From Nitrospirota bacterium (GTDB taxonomy: Bacteria; Nitrospirota; Thermodesulfovibrionia; Thermodesulfovibrionales; SM23-35), in assembly GCA_013388435.1 (NCBI GenBank), contig JACAFE010000032.1, positions 6,851 to 70,850 on the forward strand: a DNA stretch of 64,000 nt, written 5' to 3'. The translations under genes and the position numbers were made by a program. Under the pieces are notes generated by a model that was not told where the DNA came from, did no database searches, and saw only the letters and a list, made by a program, of their open reading frames with translations. Shown here one piece after another: positions 10,629 through 21,051 of this stretch (position 1 is its first letter; the number at the start of each line of letters is the position of its first letter).

Positions 10629-11668
10629 AAGGCTCTCTTAAAGATTTCGGGTTTGCAGATATATTACAATTGATTTTCTTCCAGAGAAAAACAGGAGTCC
10701 TGACTATTGAGGGAAGACTCGATAAAATCAGGCTGCTTTTCATTGACGGTAATATAACGGGCGCTGAATCGAAAAGAAGATCTGAAGCGAATAGGCTCGG
10801 CAAAATCCTTGTAAAAAAAGGAGTTCTTAGCGAGGAACTTCTACAGTCAATTCTTCAGGAACAGAAAAATACCAATACAAAGCTCGGGAATCTTATTGTG
10901 CGTAAAGGTATTGTTGAAAAGGCTGACATAGAAGAAATCCTTGAAAATCAGATAAAAGAAACAGTCATTCAGATTTTCAACTGGAAAGACGGAACATATG
11001 AATTCACGCCAACTGCAGTGCCTGTTGACAAAGAAATTCCACTGTCAATTGATACGCAGCACCTTCTTATGGAAGGCCTGCGCATAGTTGATGAATGGAC
11101 CACAATAGAAGGCAAAATAACACTTGATACTGTTTTTATGAAAACAGGGATAATTGAAGCAGAACAACCTGAAGAAGAGAGAGAAATTCTCGAGCTCATT
11201 GATGGGGAAAATGATGTCAGCACAATCATAGATATTTCAGGCAAAGACGATTATTCTGTCTCAAAAGTTCTTGTGTCCCTGCTCGATAAAGGTATTATTG
11301 CCTCAAAAGAGGCTAAACCATTAATTGCTGTGCAACTTGTAATAACAGAAGCAAAACCTCCACTATCATATACTTTTCTTCCTTTAATTGTGATAATAAT
11401 TGCATTTGTCATCTCATTATTGCCGGTTTTTACGGAATCAGGAGATATTTTAAAAAATTTCATAACTTCAAAGGATATAAATGAATTAAGGTTAAAAATC
11501 GAGGCTCATAAATTTTCTTTCGGAGAGTACCCTGCTGATTTGAATTCAATCATCCGGAAATCAGACCAGTGGCATCAACCCTATATTTATAAAAACTTTG
11601 GGGAATATTACACACTTTCAAGTTCAGGACCTGATAAAATATCAGGCACACCTGACGATATATATTAA
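10619..11668 (+). CDS. DUF4388 (PATAN-like) protein with tandem MshEN motifs, TM helix and GspG-like C-terminal domain
   Basis: LEGSLKDFGFADILQLIFFQRKTGVL; RLGKILVKKGVLSEELLQSILQEQ; LLMEGLRIVDEW; GEYPADL..DQWHQPYIY..LSSSGPDKISGTPDDI. Confidence 0.8.
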   Translation: MALEGSLKDFGFADILQLIFFQRKTGVLTIEGRLDKIRLLFIDGNITGAESKRRSEANRLGKILVKKGVLSEELLQSILQEQKNTNTKLGNLIVRKGIVEKADIEEILENQIKETVIQIFNWKDGTYEFTPTAVPVDKEIPLSIDTQHLLMEGLRIVDEWTTIEGKITLDTVFMKTGIIEAEQPEEEREILELIDGENDVSTIIDISGKDDYSVSKVLVSLLDKGIIASKEAKPLIAVQLVITEAKPPLSYTFLPLIVIIIAFVISLLPVFTESGDILKNFITSKDINELRLKIEAHKFSFGEYPADLNSIIRKSDQWHQPYIYKNFGEYYTLSSSGPDKISGTPDDIY

Positions 11669-11674
11669 AAATAT

Positions 11675-12406
11675 ATGAAGGCAGTAGTACTTTTAAGCGG
11701 GGGAATCGATTCGTCAACTTCTCTTGCAATAGCAAAATCCAATGGTTTTGATGTTTATGCAATAACTTTTGATTATAAACAGAGGCACAAAAGAGAACTT
11801 GAATCCGCAAAGATGATTGCAGCGGCTTTTAATGTTGTGGAACATCTGTTTATAAAATTCGATCTGAGCAAAATAGGCGGCTCTGCTTTAACATCTGATA
11901 TTGCGGTTCCAAAATCGAAATCATTTTCTAATTCGGCAGGGTCTGTAACAATACCTGTCACATATGTGCCTGCACGTAATACAATATTTCTTTCTTTTGC
12001 TCTTGCATGGGCTGAAGTTCTTGAGGCGCAGGATATTTTCATAGGTGCTAATGCTATAGATTACAGCGGATACCCTGATTGCAGGCCTGAATATTTAAGG
12101 GCTTTTGAAAATATGGCCAATCTTGCAACAAAAATATCAGTTGAAGGCAGAGCTCATTTTAAAATTCATGCTCCGCTTATTTCAATGTCAAAAGGACAGA
12201 TAATAAAAGAAGGTATAAAACTCGGGCTTGATTATTCATTGACATGGAGTTGTTATGACCCTCAACCCATAAGAAAAAAAACTTCGGATTCAAGATTCAA
12301 AATTCAAACCTCTGAATTTATTCCCTGCGGGAAATGCGATAGCTGCATTTTCAGACAAAAAGGATTTGATGAAGCAGGGATTAAAGACCCTCTTGTTTCG
12401 AGATGA
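11675..12406 (+). CDS. queC: 7-cyano-7-deazaguanine synthase
   Basis: [33 protein letters not shown]. Confidence 0.96.
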   Translation: MKAVVLLSGGIDSSTSLAIAKSNGFDVYAITFDYKQRHKRELESAKMIAAAFNVVEHLFIKFDLSKIGGSALTSDIAVPKSKSFSNSAGSVTIPVTYVPARNTIFLSFALAWAEVLEAQDIFIGANAIDYSGYPDCRPEYLRAFENMANLATKISVEGRAHFKIHAPLISMSKGQIIKEGIKLGLDYSLTWSCYDPQPIRKKTSDSRFKIQTSEFIPCGKCDSCIFRQKGFDEAGIKDPLVSR

Positions 12407-12807
12407 TAAAATTAAGAGGACATCATCTTGTCTGCCTTCATTTTTTCTCGGGTGAGAGCTTTTCGGAAGAATTTATCAGTAATCTTAGAGATATAAAAAA
12501 ACGTGCAAATGAAGGAGAAACAATAAATACAGGTTATCAGGCGGATGATATATGCAAAATGTGCGTGTATCTTAAGAACAAAAAATGTCTTTATAGTGAA
12601 AATGCTGATATTGAGATAATGAACATGGATAAAACTGCTATGGCATTACTTGAGTTAAAACAGAATACAAACCTTAAATGGCAAAAAATCAGTGCAAGAT
12701 TACCATCTATGTTTAAAGACTGGTACATAAAATATTGTGTTGAATGCGATTGGCTCAATATATGTAGAAAGAATAAAGAGTTTCTAAAACTTATAGCAGC
12801 TTTTTAG
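12403..12807 (+). CDS. DUF1284-family Cys/His metal-binding protein
   Basis: [29 protein letters not shown]. Confidence 0.8.
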   Translation: MIKLRGHHLVCLHFFSGESFSEEFISNLRDIKKRANEGETINTGYQADDICKMCVYLKNKKCLYSENADIEIMNMDKTAMALLELKQNTNLKWQKISARLPSMFKDWYIKYCVECDWLNICRKNKEFLKLIAAF

Positions 12808-12876
12808 AAATGGAGGATACCTGATATAGAAAACCTTAAAAAGCTTAAAGTTAACTTTGATGAAATACAAAAAGCA

Positions 12877-13368
12877 ATGGAAGATATTGACAGGGACTCT
12901 TTTGATTATTTTCTTGATTGTATAACAGGTGATGTTGTTAGTTTTTCTGAACAAATATTAAAAGAAGTAGAAGCAAGGCTATATGAGAATGATGATGAAG
13001 AAATAAAAGATGATATTGAATATATTGAATATGATGAAATTCCTGAATTGCCTGACTGGATGGAAGATGAGATAGAGCTTGCAATGGAAATACTTTTTGA
13101 TGTTGAAAACAGGTATATAAGAATACCTGAGAGGAATTCCGGTACAGCTTTTAACACCATGATTGAATTTGTAAAAACAGTGGAGGATGAAGAACTAAGA
13201 AATATTCTAACCAGATCTCTTGAAGGCAAAGGGGCATTCAGAAAATTTAAAGTTGCTCTTCTTGAATATCCAAAGGAAAGGAAGAGATGGCACGGCTTTA
13301 ATGCAAAGACTATTAAGCAAGAAATAATCCAGTGGCTTAAATCTATAGGTATTGAACCCGAGATATGA
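12877..13368 (+). CDS. UPF0158-family protein; true start probably further upstream
   Basis: YFLDCITGDV, RYIRIPE, GKGAFRKFK, WLKSIGI; frame open back to 12808 (KKLKVNFDEIQKAMED). Confidence 0.8.
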   Translation: MEDIDRDSFDYFLDCITGDVVSFSEQILKEVEARLYENDDEEIKDDIEYIEYDEIPELPDWMEDEIELAMEILFDVENRYIRIPERNSGTAFNTMIEFVKTVEDEELRNILTRSLEGKGAFRKFKVALLEYPKERKRWHGFNAKTIKQEIIQWLKSIGIEPEI

Positions 13369-13467
13369 TTGTTTTTTAATAAACTAATTTGATAAACTGG
13401 ATTATAGCATTGCAAAAATATTGAGAGTCTGAATATAAAATCCAATAGTAATAATATCAACTTGATA

Positions 13468-14472
13468 ATGAATTACAAAAAACTGCTTTCAGAATTTAAA
13501 AAGAAAAAAATCCTTGTAGTCGGTGATATTATCCTTGACCGTTATATATGGGGGAAGGTTAACCGTATATCTCCTGAAGCGCCTGTGCCTATTGTTGAAG
13601 TTACCGAGGAAGTCTTTCATCTCGGCGGAGCTTCCAATGTAGCAAATAATATTATTTCATTGGGCGGGAAAGCAACAATAGCAGGTGTTGCAGGAAATAA
13701 CGACAGAGGCGGGGAAATACTCAGAAAAATGCTTGATTCAGCAGGCATTGTATATGATGGAGTTTGCTGGACATCGAGACCGACCACAATGAAGACACGT
13801 GTTATAGCCCATAGCCAGCAGGTTGTCAGGTTTGACAGGGAGGATAAAAACAGGCTTGAAAACAAGATTCTCAAGAAATTAATTGATTATATACGATTTG
13901 AAATCTCGGGTTATGATGCGGTAATAATATCCGATTATAAAAAAGGTGTAATTTCAAGCAAACTCATAAGCGAGATAATGAAATATGCAAAACCTGAAAA
14001 TATCTTTGTTGCTGTTGATCCAAAAGTCGGTCATTTTCATTGTTATAAAAACGTTTCCTTAATAACCCCTAATTTAAATGAAGCTTCTCAAGCATCCGGC
14101 ATTGATATAGTTGATGAAAGAACATTGTTAAGTGCGGGCAAATTATTGATGAAGAAGTTATCATGTGATTCAGTGCTTATCACACGAGGCGAACATGGCA
14201 TGAGCCTTTTCAAAAAAGACTCTGTGGTACATATCCCCACTGTTGCAAAAAATGTTTTTGATGTTACAGGAGCTGGCGATACAGTTATTGCTGCCTTTAC
14301 TCTTGCGCATGCTGCTGGAGCAAGTCTTGAAGAATCAGCCATTATTGCAAATCATGCAGGAGGCATTGTGGTTGGAGAGGTTGGCACCGCTGTTGTAAAA
14401 CCCGAACAATTAATTAAATCATTAAATTCAAAAAATGGCAGAAGCAATATCACTATTCTCAGGAGGACTTGA
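13468..14472 (+). CDS. rfaE1: D-glycero-D-manno-heptose-7-phosphate kinase (RfaE domain I, PfkB family)
   Basis: RISPEAPVP, GGASNVA, SDYKKG, DVTGAGDTV. Confidence 0.93.
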   Translation: MNYKKLLSEFKKKKILVVGDIILDRYIWGKVNRISPEAPVPIVEVTEEVFHLGGASNVANNIISLGGKATIAGVAGNNDRGGEILRKMLDSAGIVYDGVCWTSRPTTMKTRVIAHSQQVVRFDREDKNRLENKILKKLIDYIRFEISGYDAVIISDYKKGVISSKLISEIMKYAKPENIFVAVDPKVGHFHCYKNVSLITPNLNEASQASGIDIVDERTLLSAGKLLMKKLSCDSVLITRGEHGMSLFKKDSVVHIPTVAKNVFDVTGAGDTVIAAFTLAHAAGASLEESAIIANHAGGIVVGEVGTAVVKPEQLIKSLNSKNGRSNITILRRT

Positions 14473-15430
14473 CAGCACCCTTGCAATCCTGATTTTAAAG
14501 GAACAGGGGATCAATGTTACTGCAATACGTTTCATAACTCCTTTTGAACCTGATTCCAATCCATTATCTGACATAAATGACCTTAATGCCCTTTCTCGAA
14601 GGTTTGATTTTAATCTTGACATATACAGAATAGCAGAGGAATTTCTTGAAATCGTCAAACATCCAAAACATGGTTATGGCAAAAATATGAACCCCTGTAT
14701 TGATTGCAGAATTTTAATGTTAAAAAAGGCAAAAGAAATAATGCAGGAAACAGGGGCTGATTTTATTGCTACAGGAGAAGTTCTTGGACAGAGGCCTATG
14801 AGTCAAAAAAAAGACATGCTTTATCATATCGACAAAGAGGCTGATTTAACAGGAAATGTTTTGCGTCCTTTGTGTGCAGGTCTGTTAAGAAAAACGATAC
14901 CTGAAGAAAAAGGGATAGTTAAGCGGGATTTGCTCTATAGTTTTAGCGGCCGTTCAAGAAAACCTCAAATGAAGCTGGCTAAAGAATTTGGTCTTGATAA
15001 ATATCCTTCCCCTGCCGGAGGCTGCCTTCTTACAGACCCGATTTATTCAAATAAACTTAGAGATTTATTGGCACATAAATTATCTCCTGCCCCGAAAGAA
15101 ATTGAACTGCTCAAAATAGGAAGACATTTCCGATTATCTCCGCATTGCAAAATAGTTGTTGGAAGAGACAAAACAGAGAATGAAATAATTCAATCTCTTG
15201 CATCAGATGATGATTATATCTTAGAAATTAAGGAGCACGGCAGCCCGGTTGTGTTAATAGAAGGTATTGCTACAGAAGAAGATATTGAAAAAGCAGCAGG
15301 AATCTGCGCGCGTTATTCTGATGCAAAAAACATGAATGAAGTTAAAGTCAGCATTATTAGGAAAGATGAACAACAGACAATGAAAGTGCAACCTGCTGCT
15401 GATGAATTTATAAATGCTATCAGGATATAA
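14435..15430 (+). CDS. ThiI/MnmA-like PP-loop tRNA sulfurtransferase with DUF814-like C-terminus
   Basis: SGGLDS, NPCIDCR, TGEVLGQRPMSQ, PAGGCLLT, KIGRHFRL. Confidence 0.8.
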   Translation: MAEAISLFSGGLDSTLAILILKEQGINVTAIRFITPFEPDSNPLSDINDLNALSRRFDFNLDIYRIAEEFLEIVKHPKHGYGKNMNPCIDCRILMLKKAKEIMQETGADFIATGEVLGQRPMSQKKDMLYHIDKEADLTGNVLRPLCAGLLRKTIPEEKGIVKRDLLYSFSGRSRKPQMKLAKEFGLDKYPSPAGGCLLTDPIYSNKLRDLLAHKLSPAPKEIELLKIGRHFRLSPHCKIVVGRDKTENEIIQSLASDDDYILEIKEHGSPVVLIEGIATEEDIEKAAGICARYSDAKNMNEVKVSIIRKDEQQTMKVQPAADEFINAIRI

Positions 15431-15757
15431 TTAGCCCACTTAATTTATAAATCTGATGCTCATGGTTTTATGCTTTTTTTAATTGGAGCAAAGAGAATAA
15501 AAAACAAAAACATGGCAGTTTTTAATACACAATCAGGAATAAAAAAGTAAGCTGTCTTGTGGTACACTCTGTCATATAACCAAACATTTTTTGTTTGATA
15601 TTTTATTTTTACAAACTCAATAATACCAAAGTTTTCAGGATTGCTGGCTATCTTTTTAGTGAATTTTATGAATTATCCGTGATAGCTCATCTTCGCAATT
15701 TTGTTTTCATAATACCGGGACGGTAGGAATTAATTCATCATATCTTAGAAATATATT

Positions 15758-16051
15758 TTATATGCCGATACGGTTCTTCATCCGATTATAGATATCTTTC
15801 CGATGCCCAATGCCAGGAATTATGACCATAGAACGATCGAATTCAAAAACAATACGATAGTCGCCAACGCGAAGTTTCAGTTTTTCTACAAGCGCAGCCA
15901 AAGCTATGTTCTCCTGAATCTCCAGAACATCCTCGATAAGATCCTCGACAACGGAAGACATCGAAAGACCTCTTGATTTTGAAAGAGTCTGCAAATCGGC
16001 ATAAATACGTGGAGTTAAAACGACATTTATGCGCGGGTTTTTGGTAGGCAT
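15758..16051 (-). pseudogene. In-frame deletion fusion of an RHH antitoxin N-terminus and a RelE toxin C-terminus
   Basis: MPTKNPRINVVL..IALAALVEK joined directly to LKLRVGDYRIVF..IGHRKDIY; SD ggaggtg. Confidence 0.75.
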
Positions 16052-16195
16052 ACACACCTCCCTTCTAATTTTTCAGTGTAAAACAAATAGCACACTAATA
16101 AAAGAAGAAGAAAAATAGGAAATGTCAATAATTTTACGTAACAAGTAAAATTCTATGTCTTGAGATTTAGACAATCGCTTACTATAATTTTAATT

Positions 16196-17029
16196 ATGTA
16201 CAGAAAAATTCTTGCAGCAGTTAATGAATTCACCAATTCAGAACTTGCCGCCCGTTATGCTCTGACTCTTTCACAATCATGTGATGCAAAACTTTTTCTT
16301 ATTTTTGTTGCAGAAGAAGGAATTGAAAAAAATACTTTTAAAAGAGCAGAGTCAGCACTTGAAAGGCTTTTTATAGATGCAGAAAGCAGGGGTATTGAAG
16401 TCAAAAGCATCACAGAAAAAGGAGAGCCATATAAGAATATATATGATATTGTCAGGAAAGAACATATAGATTTGGTTTTCACTGCCACACGAAGGGAAGA
16501 TGTAACAAAACGTTTTTTTATTAAAACTATCGCAAGAGAATTAATATTGAAAATGCCATGTTCTGTTGCTATGGTAAGGATAGTCCGTATGGGCAGAATT
16601 CATCCGACAAATATACTTGTACCTTTAAGAGGCATGATGAAAGACATTGAAGAAAGAGCTTTTTTCGTTGGGAAACTCGCTTCGGGTTTTAATTCAAAAG
16701 TAACCATATTTCATTGTCCGGAGCCGCTTACAGATTTCTTTCACGGGAGAATTTACCTTAATCCTGCTGTGAGAGAAAAGCATATTCCCGGAGACATCGA
16801 GACTTTTACTGAATACCTTAACAAATATGTAATTATTAATGAAAAACGAACCAGTTATGGCACAATTTCAAAAGCAATAACTATAGAAGCTGCCCATAAA
16901 AGAAATGATTTAATTATAATGGGAGCAAGCGAAAGAAGTCTTTTAAAGAGTATTATCAGCGGCAATCCGGTTGAGGAAGTACTTAAAGAAACACCCTGCG
17001 ACCTGATTATTTTGAAATCAAAAAAATAA
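16196..17029 (+). CDS. Tandem universal stress protein
   Basis: YRKILAAV, DLIIMGASERS..GNPVEEVLKETPCDLII. Confidence 0.9.
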   Translation: MYRKILAAVNEFTNSELAARYALTLSQSCDAKLFLIFVAEEGIEKNTFKRAESALERLFIDAESRGIEVKSITEKGEPYKNIYDIVRKEHIDLVFTATRREDVTKRFFIKTIARELILKMPCSVAMVRIVRMGRIHPTNILVPLRGMMKDIEERAFFVGKLASGFNSKVTIFHCPEPLTDFFHGRIYLNPAVREKHIPGDIETFTEYLNKYVIINEKRTSYGTISKAITIEAAHKRNDLIIMGASERSLLKSIISGNPVEEVLKETPCDLIILKSKK

Positions 17030-17035
17030 ATATTA

Positions 17036-19687
17036 ATGAAGATACATAATCTTTCTAAAGAAGAAGTTTTAAAAAATCTTTTCACTTCAGAAAATGGTCT
17101 CTCAGAACATGATGCTTTGAGCCGTCTTTCTGAATATGGGACAAATGAAATAAAAGAAACTAAAAAAAAGCCTCTATATCTGAAGTTTTTGTCACAGTTT
17201 ACTCATTTTCTTGCACTTCTTCTATGGTTTGCTTCAGCATTATGTTTCTTATCCGAATATTTGCATCCCGGTGAAGGAATGCTTACTCTTGGAATAGCCA
17301 TAATAGTTGTAATATTCATAAATGCCATTTTTTCATTTATACAGGAATATAAAGCTGAAAAAGCACTTGAAGCCCTGAAAAAACTTCTTCCTTTTTATGT
17401 AAAGGTATTCAGAGAGCAAAGAGAAAAAGAAATTTATGCAACTGATGTTGTTCCAGGAGATATTATTTTACTTTCAGAAGGAGATAAAGTACCTGCTGAT
17501 GCGAGGCTGATAGAGTCTAATGATCTCAAAGTAAATAATGCTTCTTTGACTGGTGAATCAGAGCCAATGCTAAGAAGTCATGAACCATTTGATGGAGAAT
17601 TTATAAGGAGCCCTAATATTGTTTTTGCTGGCACAAGTGTAACAAGCGGGTCGGGCAGAGCAGTTGTTTTTGCAACAGGAATGAGCACAGAATTTGGGCG
17701 CATTGCGCATCTTACAAGCGCTGTTAGTTCAGGGTTAACCCCCCTTCAAAAGGAGATAATCAGGACAACAAGAATTCTGGCAACTATCGCAGCAGCAGTA
17801 GGCATATTTTTTTTTATTTTAGGATTTTTAATAGGAAGAGATTTCTGGCACAATTTTATTTTCGCTATTGGTATAACAGTTGCACTTATTCCTGAAGGTT
17901 TGCTTCCAACAATGACCCTGTCTCTTGCTATGTCAAGTCAGAGAATGGCTAAAAGAAAAGCTTTGATAAAAACTCTTTCATCTGTTGAGACACTTGGCGC
18001 TGTAACAGTTATATGCACTGACAAAACAGGCACGCTTACACAAAATAAGATGACTGCTGTAAAAATATATTTTAATAAAGAGCTTGTTGATGTTAAGGAT
18101 ATAAAAAATGGAGTGGCAGATAATTTATTGAAAAATGCATATCTTTGCAATAATTCTCGTTTTATGGAAGGACAATATAAAGGAGACCCCACAGAAATTG
18201 CTCTATTAAAACTCGCAAAAGAAAAAATCGGGGATTTACAGGCAAAGCGCCTTAAAGAATTTCCGTTTGACCCTGACAGAAAAAGGATGACAACGGTTAA
18301 TTTTTTAGAGGGGAAGATCAAAGCTTTTACAAAAGGCGCAACAGAAGGTCTTTTGCCTTTATGTAATACCTTTTATTTCAACGGTAATAAAATCCCGATT
18401 AATGAAAGCCTGAAAAAATCTATAATAGATGCCTGTCATATTATGATGGATAAGGGCTTAAGAGTTCTTGCTTTTGCGTATAAAGAAATAGAGGAAACAG
18501 GAGATAATGCTCTGGAACTTAAAGATATTGAAAACAATATGACATTTGCTGGTTTGATAGGACTTGAAGACCCTCCAAGACCAGAAGTGGCTGATGCAAT
18601 AAAAAAATGCAAAGAAGCAGGCATAAAAATAATAATGATAACCGGTGATAGTAGTAGAACAGCAGTGGCTATTTCAAGGGAAATTGGATTAATAAAAGGT
18701 GATCCGATAATAATCGAAGGCTATGAATTTAATAGGATGTCTGATAAAGAGCTAATAGAAAAAATTCGGGCTGAAGAAATTATATTCACAAGAATGACTC
18801 CAAAACATAAACTAAGGGTTGTTACTTTGCTTAAAGAAGAAGGTGAAATAGTTGCTGTGACAGGTGATGGAGTAAATGATGCTCCTGCTTTAAAAAAAGC
18901 TGATATTGGATTGGCAATGGGAATTTCTGGCACAGATGTGGCAAAAGAAGCTTCAGACATTGTTCTGCTTGATGACAATTTCGCAACAATTGTGAATGCG
19001 GTTGAAGAAGGGAGAACGGTTTTTGAAAATATAAAAAAATTTATAACTTATATTTTTGCTTCAAACATACCTGAGGCAGTTCCTTATCTTGCTTACATAC
19101 TTTTGAAAATACCCTTGCCTTTGACGATAATACAGATACTTGCAGTTGATCTGGGCACTGATATGCTTCCTGCTCTGGCATTGGGTGCGGAAAAGCCTTC
19201 ACCATATGTAATGAAGCAGCCGCCAAGAAGAATGAAGGAAAGACTTTTAGATCTTCCTTTAATTCTCAGGTCTTATTTATTTCTCGGACCAATTGAAGCT
19301 GCTGCGTGTATGTTTGGATTTTTCTGGGTTTTATATAACGGCGGCTGGACATGGGGAATAATGCTTAGCCCGAATAATATTCTATATCTTCAGGCAACAA
19401 CAGCCTGTCTGACTGCAATAATAATTACCCAGATAGGAAATGTATTTGCCTGTCGTTCTGCAAAGATGTCTGTATTCCAAATAGGATTCTTTTCAAATAG
19501 GCTTATATTTGCTGGTATAGCGGTTGAAATATTGCTACAAATATTTATTGTCTATCATCCAATTGGGAATAAAGTTTTTGCAACCTCGCCTTTAGATTTT
19601 AAAGTATGGCTCACTCTCATTCCCTTCAGCATAGCATTATTAATCGCAGATGAACTGAGAAAATTTTATGTAAGAAAATTCAATTAA
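17036..19687 (+). CDS. Cation-transporting P-type ATPase (type II; Ca or Na/K-like)
   Basis: TGES, IPEGL, DKTGTLT, KGA, DPPR, TGDGVNDAPALK. Confidence 0.95.
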   Translation: MKIHNLSKEEVLKNLFTSENGLSEHDALSRLSEYGTNEIKETKKKPLYLKFLSQFTHFLALLLWFASALCFLSEYLHPGEGMLTLGIAIIVVIFINAIFSFIQEYKAEKALEALKKLLPFYVKVFREQREKEIYATDVVPGDIILLSEGDKVPADARLIESNDLKVNNASLTGESEPMLRSHEPFDGEFIRSPNIVFAGTSVTSGSGRAVVFATGMSTEFGRIAHLTSAVSSGLTPLQKEIIRTTRILATIAAAVGIFFFILGFLIGRDFWHNFIFAIGITVALIPEGLLPTMTLSLAMSSQRMAKRKALIKTLSSVETLGAVTVICTDKTGTLTQNKMTAVKIYFNKELVDVKDIKNGVADNLLKNAYLCNNSRFMEGQYKGDPTEIALLKLAKEKIGDLQAKRLKEFPFDPDRKRMTTVNFLEGKIKAFTKGATEGLLPLCNTFYFNGNKIPINESLKKSIIDACHIMMDKGLRVLAFAYKEIEETGDNALELKDIENNMTFAGLIGLEDPPRPEVADAIKKCKEAGIKIIMITGDSSRTAVAISREIGLIKGDPIIIEGYEFNRMSDKELIEKIRAEEIIFTRMTPKHKLRVVTLLKEEGEIVAVTGDGVNDAPALKKADIGLAMGISGTDVAKEASDIVLLDDNFATIVNAVEEGRTVFENIKKFITYIFASNIPEAVPYLAYILLKIPLPLTIIQILAVDLGTDMLPALALGAEKPSPYVMKQPPRRMKERLLDLPLILRSYLFLGPIEAAACMFGFFWVLYNGGWTWGIMLSPNNILYLQATTACLTAIIITQIGNVFACRSAKMSVFQIGFFSNRLIFAGIAVEILLQIFIVYHPIGNKVFATSPLDFKVWLTLIPFSIALLIADELRKFYVRKFN

Positions 19688-19743
19688 ACCAAAAAATATA
19701 TTATTTGGTAAACTTTATATAAAGTATACACTATGTTAACTAT

Positions 19744-19780
19744 TTAACCATGCACACTATTAAACTGTATGCATGGTTAA
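19744..19780. terminator. Bidirectional hairpin between convergent genes
   Basis: ttaaccatgca ... tgcatggttaa, 11-bp inverted repeat. Confidence 0.6.
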
Positions 19781-19800
19781 TTTATATTTTTGAGGATAAA

Positions 19801-21051
19801 TTATAACGCATCCTTTGCTGTAGCTTTTATCACTTCTTTGATATTTTTATCGAGAAACTCAGGGATAAAAGGAATATCCAGATTCAAGAAACCAGAAGTA
19901 ATTACTGAAACTGCATCATCTTTTGATATTCCTCTGGACATTAGATATTCTACCTGTTCTTCAGCAATAGGGCCTATAGATGCTTCATGCGAGAGTTCTG
20001 ATTTCATTGAACCCTCTGAGACGAGCTCAGGTATAGCAAATATTTTTGCTTTTTTAGAAAAAATTATACCCCTGCAATCAAGATGAGCTAAACAATAACC
20101 TTTTGTTTTTGCAATCAGGTCGCCTCTTGAATAAATAACGCTTTCATCTGCTCCAATTGTTCTGGCAATAGATTCACCTCTGGTGTCCTCTCCCTCAAGA
20201 ATTATTCTTGATCCAAGATCAATGTAAGAATCCTTAAGCCCATAGATTACAGTATTGAATTTTGCAGAAGAACGGTCTCCTTTGAGATGAGCCACAGGAA
20301 ATGACTGAATTGATTTTACAGGCTTAAGTAGCACGTAGTTATTAATAAATGAGCCATCTTCTTCTATGATTATTTTTGTTCTCGGTCTGACGTGGAAATT
20401 GTCTGCCCAGTTATGTATCATTGTGAAAAAAAGTTTGCCGCCTTTCTTTATATAAAATTCCGAGATTCCAAGATGTATGCCCTCAGCGTCATTTTTTGAT
20501 AAAGAACATCCAGTTATTACCTGTAGCTCTGCTCCTTCTTCTACGATTATTATATTGTGGACATTCTGACTTACATAGTTTTCAGCAACAAGCAAACAGG
20601 ACTGAACAGGATATTGCGGTTTCTGATTTGCAAAAACCCTTATAAAATATCCGTGTGTCATATTTAAAGCTACCTGAGAAGTATATTTATCCATATCAAC
20701 AGGCACAGCTTTCCAGAAATATTCTTCCATCCAATCATATTTATTAAGAGCATCAGTGGTGCTCATTATCTCGAGCTGTCCTTCATAAGATTTATTCAGG
20801 CTCTCATAAACTACAGACTGGTCTATCTGCATATAAGAGCCGGATCTTTCTTTTTCTTCAAGATTTATGCCTGTTAAAATAGCAGCTTCTTTAACCTGCC
20901 TGGATAGACTTTCAAGGCTCTCTATTTTCCCTCTTTCGATATACTGTGTGTATTTTTCAAGATTAATATCAGGTCCATAAAGTGCTTTTTTATCTTTTGC
21001 CTTTAATGCTTTTTCTTCTATTTCTTTTAAATATTCCTTTGTTATCGGCAT
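19801..21051 (-). CDS. sufB: SufB/SufD-family Fe-S assembly protein (SmsB-like)
   Basis: QNVHNIIIVEEGAEL, HLGISEFY, ELSHEASIG, YLMSRG; start MPITKE overlaps sufC end. Confidence 0.88.
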   Translation of the reverse strand: MPITKEYLKEIEEKALKAKDKKALYGPDINLEKYTQYIERGKIESLESLSRQVKEAAILTGINLEEKERSGSYMQIDQSVVYESLNKSYEGQLEIMSTTDALNKYDWMEEYFWKAVPVDMDKYTSQVALNMTHGYFIRVFANQKPQYPVQSCLLVAENYVSQNVHNIIIVEEGAELQVITGCSLSKNDAEGIHLGISEFYIKKGGKLFFTMIHNWADNFHVRPRTKIIIEEDGSFINNYVLLKPVKSIQSFPVAHLKGDRSSAKFNTVIYGLKDSYIDLGSRIILEGEDTRGESIARTIGADESVIYSRGDLIAKTKGYCLAHLDCRGIIFSKKAKIFAIPELVSEGSMKSELSHEASIGPIAEEQVEYLMSRGISKDDAVSVITSGFLNLDIPFIPEFLDKNIKEVIKATAKDAL

